Assembly: GCF_006345805.1 (NCBI RefSeq)
Contig: NC_043015.1
Span: 8,804,001-8,868,000, forward strand
Source: Octopus sinensis
Lineage: Eukaryota
Length of the DNA: 64,000 bases
Direction of reading: 5' to 3'
This document shows positions 53,101 to 63,340 of the stretch, one piece after another. Below the pieces are notes generated by a model. That model was not told the DNA's origin. It ran no database searches and saw nothing but the letters and a program-made list of their open reading frames with translations. The position numbers were made by a program, and so were the translations under genes. Each line of letters begins with the position of its first letter. Within the stretch, counting starts at the first letter, position 1.

Positions 53101-54170
53101 GAAATATCTACTCCAGAAGCAAGGAAAACTAATACAGATAACGAGAAAACACGAGCAAACAAAACAACTATTTTCAGTCGTTAAGGAAGCTGACAAATAC
53201 AAAACAATGACTTCAGAGTACCTGACAACTATGAAGAAAAAGAAGAAACAACAAAACCCGTAAAACAACTAAAACCGAATTTAAAACTGGAACAGCAACG
53301 GATAATGATAAAAAGATGGCAAGAACAGTCCCTTCATGTTTAATACTGGGTTAAACTAACCAGAACAGAAATAGGCAAAGCAAAATCCCAACAGGATACA
53401 AAGCAGAGAATGAAGGACTTTTAACTGCAGCACAAGACGAAGGCCTTCCCACTAGAAATTATCAAAAAGATGTAACGAAAATAAATACAGGTAACAGCAG
53501 AATATGTAAAGATGGAAACAAAACAATAAATTATATTTTTTCTGTCTGCCCATTCCTAGCTTAGACGGAATATATTCACAAGCACGACAGAGTTGGGACC
53601 TACATACGGAAGCTATGACAACACTATTGAATAACAACAGAAAACAGATAGTATAGACACACGCCAGAAAAGATCAACGAAAATGAGACAGCAAGCATAC
53701 TTTGAGGTACGCCAATATACAAATTGGAGAAATTAAGCCAATATGTCGGATAGAGATGTCAGAGGTATCCACGAGAAAGAGCTTTCTAATCGATGTATCA
53801 ATACCAACAGATGACAATGTTTCTCTAAAATAAAAAAAAAACGATCAACTTTCATAATACAAAAAACCTGGAAATAGAGGTAATTCGAATGTGGAGTCTA
53901 AAAACAGAAACAATTCCTATCATAGTAAACGCAATAGTTTTGATGAAGATATATTCAGACAAATACATAACAAAACACCAGGACTAACAATTATATATAG
54001 CATACAGAAAATAGCACCCCTAGTCTCCGAAAACATCCTACGTAAAACACTTTCAATACAGTAAAAATAAGAATATCACAACAAAGCACAGCACATACCC
54101 AAGGCAGAAAAAGTTGCGATCGGTATTCCAACGAAAGCTAGGATATAATCTTATTTGTATAAGACTATTT
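50115..54170 (+). mobile_element. Near full-length, decayed R4/Dong-like retrotransposon flanked by (AAT)n
   Basis: Fragments WLTEGQT, NYRPITCLPTIYK, GIFQGDTLFP, LYTDYLKLY (decayed YMDD), EFGLEKC, HPKCNIE and FLIDVSIPTDDNVSLK. The 3' UTR is homologous to 49085-49160. Confidence 0.88.
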
Positions 54171-56742
54171 AATAATAATAATAATAATAATAATCATGAT
54201 GATGATAGAATTTTAATTATATACCGCAGTCTTAACGTTAATAATATTAATAATTGATGAATTCGATCCTATTCATACCCAATTTGGAGATATTCTTTTA
54301 TATGAATAGTTTAATTCGTAATCCTACAATAGTAGCAACACAGACACATACATATACAATCGCTCATATATAGTGATTTATACTCCAGATAGTGAGCAAA
54401 AAATTAATCAGGACTAGGAATGACTAATATGAAGTTATTATTCTAAGCATAATATGCAAACATTTTATTATGTATAGTAAGAAGTATCAGAGAGAAACGA
54501 TGAAAAATTGCAAATACTTAGATGTCAAAAAATTTATATATATAGAAATAATCGAAATTTTAGTGAATACAGTAACGCTATGTATTTAATAGGTCTATTC
54601 GCCATTTACTACATCAGCGACTGAAAGGTTACTGCTCTCCGAGAAAAGTTGAATAGTGATAATTCGTCGGTGAGAGGGTATCTGTCATTGACATAGCGTT
54701 GTAGGATAAAATTACCTGATTTGGCAATTCCAGCGTCGATGCCAGACAGTTTTCGTCTGCTAATAATATGTCTCTATGCTTCACTCTGTTCATATACAGG
54801 AAAGAATCTCTAAAGAAGTATCCACGGTATTCGGCACCCTTATAGTACATAATACGTTAAGTAGTATGTGTAATTTGCCATTCTGTATTCATATTTCCTC
54901 CTTCGCAAATATTTATTTTTCAATAGAACCGATGGCGGTGTACGACATCAGTGGCCGAGAAAGCAATTTTATGCTTATATCGGTGCGAGTATGATTTCGT
55001 TGGTATGCGGTAAACCGACACCTGTAGGCTGAAATCATTTCATCTGTCAACTGCGAAATCCATGCAAGACGGCATCCTCTTCTAGATGTACAAATTCTTA
55101 GCAACGTACGTATAATTTATAATTAACCTCCATGTTAAATAAGAAATAGAAATAGACATGAAGTCAAAGGAAAAAAACACAAATAAATATAAATACAAAA
55201 ACAATGAAAATGGAACATAAGCATGTGAAGTGATTCCAATTATCGCATAGATTGTTTGAAGAAAATGTATAGTTCGGAAACTTGGATCAGTGTGCGGGCG
55301 TGTCAGTCCGACAAGAGTACAGGAAAAGAAAATCAGTTCTTTTGAATGTTAACTTAAACGATACCAAGTATGATGTAGTAGTCGCAAAATGATCAATGTT
55401 TTTTGTGAAAGACACAAATGTACAATGAACCGTGAATCGACTATCCCCACCCGAAAATTGCAGGCATTGTGCTTCTAGAATAAAGGATTATTAGCTAATA
55501 AACTTCCAGCGCCTCATGAAATCTTCATCCATTTCCTATATTTTTAGATCATAGCAGAAATTTATTCAACTAGTGATAGCTAAAATGTTAATATTTCAGT
55601 AACACACTAGTTTTCATGGGGATATTCTTTACTAGATCTGAAATTACAGTAATTCTCCGTTTTACGTGGATGAATTTATTTTTCTTCCTTTACTAAACTT
55701 AAGTCGTTTAATTTGTTTAGTATCAAACTATTAGATTATTTGCTTGATATATTATTATAGATCGTAACAGAAATATCAGCGGTTAGGTTACCTGAAATTA
55801 CATAAGAAATATTGTTCAATTTTTTAATGTACCTATGATCATTTGTAGCAGTTATAATTCCTGGAATTATATATTTAACTTTTCCACTGAAAGAATATTA
55901 CTGAATTTACCAAGTATTGGTATTCCTATAAGAACATCAAATTTTAGCCTTCTTTGAGGCAACTATTCTGGCAGCGATAAGTATGTGTAGTTGTATATGA
56001 CAGCTCGTTAATTTTCCTATTAAATATTCTCTGCTACCGATATTTAGAAAGGAGTATTTCTTTCCAAAAATTTCCAATTCCAATTTTTATAGTATTGGAG
56101 AAGAATCAGCTATCTTAGGATATTCAACGCTTCCTTCAGTTATTCCGGCTACTAAGGGTTTGCATATGTTCTAGGGCAACGACGCAGCCCGTGTTACATC
56201 ATTGGCAAAATGTTGAGAATGTACGAGCTGTATTGCACATACGACCCTAACATCAAATTCAGAGTTCAGTCAAGGCTGGGACCGCATGACGTACATCCAC
56301 TACACAATTCAGGCACACAAAACGCAAATTCCCAGCAATAAAATATTTTTCTTTAACATACCCTGCTCTTTATTACATCAGCGCAAAGCGACCAAAGAGA
56401 AGATTGTTGCCATCAAGTGATGAACACAAACGCAGAAACACACACACACACACGCACATACACATGGCCATACGAATACATACTCGCACACACATTCTTA
56501 CATATATACATTAATATACGTAGATTTATACATATACATACATATGGGTTTGTGTATTGAATATATATATATATATATAACATTATATAAAAGGGCTTAG
56601 TAAAATAAATTACTTTGCCGCATACTGAACTCGTTAGAAATAGCAGCTAAAAAAACTATTTCTAACACTTAAAGAAAACCTCTCTCATATAGTGTTTGCT
56701 CAATTCAACTCAAGAAAGTATGAGGGTAGAGACATTAAAAAA

Positions 56743-56829
56743 TCAAATGCAAAGGTTATTTGAGTACGTACGTTTCAAGATTAGCCAAAATCGACCCTTC
56801 TCTCATCAGCTCAGAATGCCCTTGTTTGA
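56743..56829 (-). ncRNA. Type I hammerhead ribozyme, array unit L1
   Basis: Reverse complement of the plus-strand copies; TCATCAG at 56803-56809. Confidence 0.88.
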
Positions 56830-57293
56830 AATTGAAAACACTGAAAATGGGAGCATACCCTTTCGGCTTGTTATCGCTTCTGAAGAACTGTTCCAAACTA
56901 ACAGTGCCAACAAACTCAAATATGCAAGAGAAAAATTTCTGCTCTCCCCTTTCCACCAGCGTGGGTTAAAATCAGCAAACACTATGCTTTTTTCGGTAAA
57001 ATCCGAGACAATTAAGTAGAGAGAGATGAATTATAATTTCAACAATTGAGGGTAAAATTAATTAATTAATTAATCAATTTCACCAAGTATTCAGTATGCA
57101 AAGGGACCATTTAAGGCAAATTCAAATTATTACATTATATAAAAGGGCTTAGTAAAATAAATACTTTGCCGCATACTGAACTCGTTAGAAATAGCAGCTA
57201 AAAAAACTATTTCTAACACTTAAAGAAAACCTCTCTCATATAGTGTTTGCTCAATTCAACTCAAGAAAGTATGAGGGTAGAGACATTAAAAAA

Positions 57294-57380
57294 TCAAATG
57301 CAAAGGTTATTTGAGTACGTACGTTTCAAGATTAGCCAAAATCGACCCTTCTCTCATCAGCTCAGAATGCCCTTGTTTGA
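57294..57380 (-). ncRNA. Type I hammerhead ribozyme, array unit L2
   Basis: TCATCAG at 57354-57360; identical core and stems. Confidence 0.88.
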
Positions 57381-57845
57381 ATTTGAAAACACTGAAAATG
57401 GAGCATACCCTTTCGGCTTGTTATCGCTTCTGAAGATCTGTTCCAAACTAACAGTGCCAACAAACTCAAATATGCAAGAGAAAAATTTCTGCTCTCTCCC
57501 CTTTCCACCAGCGTGGGTTAAAATCAGCAAACACTATGCTTTTTTCGGTAAAATCCGAGACAATTAAGTAGAGAGAGATGAATTATAATTTAAACAATTG
57601 AGGGTAAAATTAATTAATTAATTAATCAATTTCACCAAGTATTCAGTATGCAAAGGGACCATTTAAGGCAAATTCAAATTATTACATTATATAAAAGGGC
57701 TTAGTAAAATAAATTACTTTGCCGCATACTGAACTCGTTAGAATAGCAGCTAAAAAAACTATTTCTAACACTTAAAGAAAACCTCTCTCATATAGTGTTT
57801 GCTCAATTCAACTCAAGAAAGTATGAGGGTAGAGACATTAAAAAA

Positions 57846-57932
57846 TCAAATGCAAAGGTTATTTGAGTACGTACGTTTCAAGATTAGCCAAAATCGACCC
57901 TTCTCTCATCAGCTCAGAATGCCCTTGTTTGA
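57846..57932 (-). ncRNA. Type I hammerhead ribozyme, array unit L3
   Basis: TCATCAG at 57906-57912; identical core and stems. Confidence 0.88.
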
Positions 57933-58334
57933 ATTTGAAAACACTGAAAATGGGAGCATACCCTTTCGGCTTGTTATCGCTTCTGAAGATCTGTTCCAAA
58001 CTAACAGTGCCAACAAACTTTTATATAATGTAATAATTTGAATTTGCCTTAAATGGTCCCTTTGCATACTGAATACTTGGTGAAATTGATTAATTAATTA
58101 ATTAATTTTACCCTCAATTGTTGAAATTATAATTCATCTCTCTCTACTTAATTGTCTCGGATTTTACCGAAAAAAGCATAGTGTTTGCTGATTTTAACCC
58201 ACGCTGGTGGAAAGGGGAGAGCAGAAATTTTTCTCTTGCATATTTGAGTTTGTTGGCACTGTTAGTTTGGAACAGATCTTCAGAAGCGATAACAAGCCGA
58301 AAGGGTTATGCTCCCATTTTCAGTGTTTTCAATT

Positions 58335-58421
58335 TCAAACAAGGGCATTCTGAGCTGATGAGAGAAGGGTCGATTTTGGCTAATCTTGAAACGTACGTAC
58401 TCAAATAACCTTTGCATTTGA
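58335..58421 (+). ncRNA. Type I hammerhead ribozyme, array unit R1 (predicted cleavage after GUA at 58399)
   Basis: CTGATGA at 58355-58361. Stem II pairs GAGA/TCTT and GGTCG/TGGCT. GAAA at 58388-58391 is followed by C-GTAC-G-T-A. Stem I pairs TGAG/CTCA, ATT/AAT, CAAGGG/CCTTTG and TCAAA/TTTGA. Confidence 0.9.
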
Positions 58422-58884
58422 TTTTTTAATGTCTCTACCCTCATACTTTCTTGAGTTGAATTGAGCAAACTATATGAGAGAGGTTTTCTTTAAGTGTTAG
58501 AAATAGTTTTTTTAGCTGCTATTTCTAACGAGTTCAGTATGCGGCAAAGTAATTTATTTTACTAAGCCCTTTTATATAATGTAATAATTTGAATTTGCCT
58601 TAAATGGTCCCTTTGCATACTGAATACTTGGTGAAATTGATTAATTAATTAATTAATTTTACCCTCAATTGTTTAAATTATAATTCATCTCTCTCTACTT
58701 AATTGTCTCGGATTTTACCGAAAAAAGCATAGTGTTTGCTGATTTTAACCCACGCTGGTGGAAAGGGGAGAGCAGAAATTTTTCTCTTGCATATTTGAGT
58801 TTGTTGGCACTGTTAGTTTGGAACAGATCTTCAGAAGCGATAACAAGCCGAAAGGGTATGCTCCCATTTTCATGTTTTTCAAAT

Positions 58885-58971
58885 TCAAACAAGGGCATTC
58901 TGAGCTGATGAGAGAAGGGTCGATTTTGGCTAATCTTGAAACGTACGTACTCAAATAACCTTTGCATTTGA
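58885..58971 (+). ncRNA. Type I hammerhead ribozyme, array unit R2
   Basis: CTGATGA at 58905; cleavage site A at 58949. Confidence 0.88.
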
Positions 58972-59434
58972 TTTTTTAATGTCTCTACCCTCATACTTTC
59001 TTGAGTTGAATTGAGCAACACACTATATGAGAGAGGTTTTCTTTAAGTGTTAGAAATAGTTTTTTTAGCTGCTATTTCTAACGAGTTCAGTATGCGGCAA
59101 AGTAATTTATTTTACTAAGCCCTTTTATATAATGTAATAATTTGAATTTGCCTAAATGGTCCCTTTGCATACTGAATACTTGGTGAAAATGATTAATTAA
59201 TTAATTAATTTTACCCTCAATTGTTGAAATTATAATTCATCTCTCTCTACTTAATTGTCTCGGATTTTACCGAAAAAAGCATAGTGTTTGCTGATTTTAA
59301 CCCACTGGTGGAAAGGGGAGAGCAGAAATTTTTCTCTTGCATATTTGAGTTTGTTGGCACTGTTAGTTTGGAACAGTTCTTCAGAAGCGATAACAAGCCG
59401 AAAGGGTATGCTCCCATTTTCAGTGTTTTCAATT

Positions 59435-59521
59435 TCAAACAAGGGCATTCTGAGCTGATGAGAGAAGGGTCGATTTTGGCTAATCTTGAAACGTACGTAC
59501 TCAAATAACCTTTGCATTTGA
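59435..59521 (+). ncRNA. Type I hammerhead ribozyme, array unit R3
   Basis: CTGATGA at 59455; cleavage site A at 59499. Confidence 0.88.
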
Positions 59522-59985
59522 TTTTTTAATGTCTCTACCCTCATACTTTCTTGAGTTGAATTGAGCAAACACTATATGAGAGAGGTTTTCTTTAAGTGTT
59601 AGAAATAGTTTTTTTAGCTGCTATTTCTAACGAGTTCAGTATGCGGCAAAGTAATTTATTTTACTAAGCCCTTTTATATAATGTAATAATTTGAATTTGC
59701 CTTAAATGGTCCCTTTGCATACTGAATACTTGGTGAAATTGATTAATTAATTATTAATTTTACCCTCAATTGTTGAAATTATAATTCATCTCTCTCTACT
59801 TAATTGTCTCGGATTTTACCGAAAAAAGCATAGTGTTTGCTGATTTTAACCCACGCTGGTGGAAAGGGGAGCGCAGAAATTTTTCTCTTGCATATTTGAG
59901 TTTGTTGGCACTGTTAGTTTGGAACAGATCTTCAGAAGCGATAACAAGCCGAAAGGGTATGCTCCCATTTTCAGTGTTTTCAAAT

Positions 59986-60072
59986 TCAAACAAGGGCATT
60001 CTGAGCTGATGAGAGAAGGGTCGATTTTGGCTAATCTTGAAACGTACGTACTCAAATAACCTTTGCATTTGA
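59986..60072 (+). ncRNA. Type I hammerhead ribozyme, array unit R4
   Basis: CTGATGA at 60006; cleavage site A at 60050. Confidence 0.88.
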
Positions 60073-60533
60073 TTTTTTAATGTCTCTACCCTCATACTTT
60101 CTTGAGTTGAATTGAGCAAACACTATATGAGAGAGGTTTTCTTTAAGTGTTAGAATAGTTTTTTTAGCTGCTATTTCTAACGAGTTCAGTATGCGGCAAA
60201 GTAATTTATTTTACTAAGCCCTTTTATAAATGTAATAATTTGAATTTGCCTTAAATGGTCCCTTGCATACTGAATACTTGGTGAAATTGATTAATTAATT
60301 AATTAATTTTACCCTCAATTGTTGAAATTATAATTCATCTCTCTCTACTTAATTGTCTCGGATTTTACCGAAAAAAGCATAGTGTTTGCTGATTTTAACC
60401 CACGCTGGTGGAAGGGGAGAGCAGAAATTTTTCTCTTGCATATTTGAGTTTGTTGGCACTGTTAGTTTGGAACAGATCTTCAGAAGCGATAACAAGCCGA
60501 AAGGGTATGCTCCCATTTTCAGTGTTTTCAAAT

Positions 60534-60620
60534 TCAAACAAGGGCATTCTGAGCTGATGAGAGAAGGGTCGATTTTGGCTAATCTTGAAACGTACGTACT
60601 CAAATAACCTTTGCATTTGA
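60534..60620 (+). ncRNA. Type I hammerhead ribozyme, array unit R5
   Basis: CTGATGA at 60554; cleavage site A at 60598. Confidence 0.88.
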
Positions 60621-61084
60621 TTTTTTAATGTCTCTACCCTCATACTTTCTTGAGTTGAATTGAGCAAACACTATATGAGAGAGGTTTTCTTTAAGTGTTA
60701 GAAATAGTTTTTTTAGCTGCTATTTCTAACGAGTTCAGTATGCGGCAAAGTAATTTATTTTACTAAGCCCTTTTATATAATGTAATAATTTGAATTTGCC
60801 TTAAATGGTCCCTTTGCATACTGAATACTTGGTGAAATTGATTAATTAATTAATTAATTTTACCCTCAATTGTTGAAATTATAATTCATCTCTCTCTACT
60901 TAATTGTCTCGGATTTTACCGAAAAAAGCATAGTGTTTGCTGATTTTAACCCACGCTGGTGGAAAGGGGAGAGCAGAATTTTTCTCTTGCATATTTGAGT
61001 TTGTTGGCACTGTTAGTTTGGAACAGATCTTCAGAAGCGATAACAAGCCGAAAGGGTATGCTCCCATTTTCAGTGTTTTCAAAT

Positions 61085-61171
61085 TCAAACAAGGGCATTC
61101 TGAGCTGATGAGAGAAGGGTCGATTTTGGCTAATCTTGAAACGTACGTACTCAAATAACCTTTGCATTTGA
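61085..61171 (+). ncRNA. Type I hammerhead ribozyme, array unit R6
   Basis: CTGATGA at 61105; cleavage site A at 61149. Confidence 0.88.
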
Positions 61172-61632
61172 TTTTTTAATGTCTCTACCCTCATACTTTC
61201 TTGAGTTGAATTGAGCAAACACTATATGAGAGAGGTTTTCTTTAAGTGTTAGAAAGTTTTTTTAGCTGCTATTTCTAACGAGTTCAGTATGCGGCAAAGT
61301 AATTTATTTTACTAAGCCCTTTTATATAATGTAATAATTTGAATTTGCCTTAAATGGTCCCTTTGCATACTGAATACTTGGTGAAATTGATTAATTAATT
61401 AATTAATTTTACCCTCAATTGTTGAAATTATAATTCATCTCTCTCTACTTAATTGTCTCGGATTTTACCGAAAAAAGCATAGTGTTTGCTGATTTTACCC
61501 ACGCTGGTGGAAAGGGGAGAGCAGAAATTTTTCTCTTGCATATTTGAGTTTGTTGGCCTGTTAGTTTGGAACAGATCTTCAGAAGCGATAACAAGCCGAA
61601 AGGGTATGCTCCCATTTTCAGTGTTTTCAAAT

Positions 61633-61719
61633 TCAAACAAGGGCATTCTGAGCTGATGAGAGAAGGGTCGATTTTGGCTAATCTTGAAACGTACGTACTC
61701 AAATAACCTTTGCATTTGA
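61633..61719 (+). ncRNA. Type I hammerhead ribozyme, array unit R7
   Basis: CTGATGA at 61653; cleavage site A at 61697. Confidence 0.88.
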
Positions 61720-61977
61720 TTTTTTAATGTCTCTACCCTCATACTTTCTTGAGTTGAATTGAGCAAACACTATATGAGAGAGGTTTTCTTTAAGTGTTAG
61801 AAATAGTTTTTTTAGCTGCTATTTCTAACGAGTTCAGTATGCGGCAAAGTAATTTATTTTACTAAGCCCTTTTATAATGTAATAATTTGAATTTGCCTTA
61901 AATGGTCCCTTTGCATACTGAATACTTGGTGAAATTGATTAATTAATTAATTAATTTTACCCTCAATTGTTGAATTA

Positions 61978-62026
<49 letters not shown>

Positions 62027-62049
62027 ATTGTTATTCTGTATTCGTAGCT

Positions 62050-62830
62050 GTAGGATGGTATACACTTTCTGTATTACCTTAGAATCCATTAAGGTACTCT
62101 TTGGCAAAATGTTGCTATCTTGGTATTATGTAGTATGCATATAGAATGTTGCCTTGTTACTCGCGTAATTCCCAAGTTACGCACGAACACCGAATCTGAG
62201 AATGCACTACACCCCTTCTGCTTTGTCTTTAGATTTTTGGTCGATAGTGGAGTGCACGAAACTTCTCAGTATCAAAGGGCATCTTATTTCCGTTTGAGAA
62301 TTGCATTTAGGTTGCTTTACTGTTATGTGTGCTATCATGGTCATTTATTGTATATGGTAATTCTGTAACATCAGAACTGATGTTGCGGCCGACTGTATGA
62401 ATGAAGTCATGTCTGAAAGAGACACTACGAGCACTAGACGTCATAGTACAATTCTTAGAAGGATTCCACTGAGAATTGATGTCTCCCCATAGGGATAAAT
62501 TCCACCCTTTATCACATCACGTAACCACTCTCCTAGATTTCCAGTGATACGAAGGTCACATAGGTTTTGACTTATCATCCGGCGTTCAACATCGTCAAAG
62601 GCTATGTAGAAGTTGATATACATCGGATCTTCATTTGAGTGATTGAGAAGCTGATCCACTAGCAATTCATAATGCTGTAGTCATGTTGTGCCTGTGAGCA
62701 AGTTATTTTTTTCCACAAATGTGATCAGCCTCCTGACAACATATTCGCTGAACTTCCTAATATGCGAACTCAGATAAATAGGCTTGTAATTTACAGTGTC
62801 TTCACCGCTTCACCCGTTATGGAGGGGCCT
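62050..62830 (-). mobile_element. Decayed CR1/L2-like LINE RT fragment
   Basis: The minus strand reads NYKPIYLSSHIRKFSEYVVRRL...LQHYELLVDQLLN..DPMYINFYIAFDDVERRMI..LCDLRITGNLGEWL, matching RT motifs 1-3 of CR1-group LINEs. Confidence 0.72.
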
Positions 62831-63245
62831 ATTATGTCTTATATATATTTCATTATTTTGACACCCGCAGTGGATTGGCGAGGGCGTCCATCCACGTCAT
62901 TAAATGAACTGACGGAAATCTATTTTGGTCACTTTGTGAGTTCAAGTTAATTTCATTTATGTCGAGCTAATGAATGGTTGCTACTTTCCCATATAGATCT
63001 GCAGTGCTGAAAAACTCACCAACTATACTTATTTACATATATCGCAGTGGGGAGTTGAGCAAAATTTAGATTTATTTAATCGTCACTTCACTTAACTTCC
63101 TGGAGTGTGCTGTGACTGAACACCGTTCTTCAAATCATGTCTCTATCTCTCTCTTTCTGTCCCTCTCTCTTTATCTATCAACCTATTTATTTACCTATCT
63201 ATATAACTACACCTCTCTCACTTTCTCTCTCTCTCTCTCTCTCTC

Positions 63246-63340
<95 letters not shown>

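Larger units (their letters stand above)
56580..61974. repeat. Tandem array of a ~550-bp hammerhead-containing unit (~9.8 units), with an inversion at 58019/58020, inserted in (TA)n
   Basis: Hammerhead cores start at 56809, 57360 and 57912 (minus) and at 58355, 58905, 59455, 60006, 60554, 61105 and 61653 (plus), a period of 548-552 bp. Units differ by only scattered SNPs and indels. Confidence 0.97.

Noticed and set aside
56696-57019. Repeated 107-aa ORF (MLNSTQES...) and overlapping 66-85-aa ORFs in the satellite unit
   Set aside because: It starts at TTG, lies antisense to the ribozyme and has no recognisable domain. It is broken differently by indels in several units, and its recurrence simply reflects the tandem repeat.
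56580-61974. CRISPR-like or telomeric/centromeric interpretation of the array
   Set aside because: There are no unique spacers and no short G-rich unit. The context is eukaryotic and the unit is a 550-bp near-identical repeat. A centromeric role cannot be excluded, but nothing here supports it.
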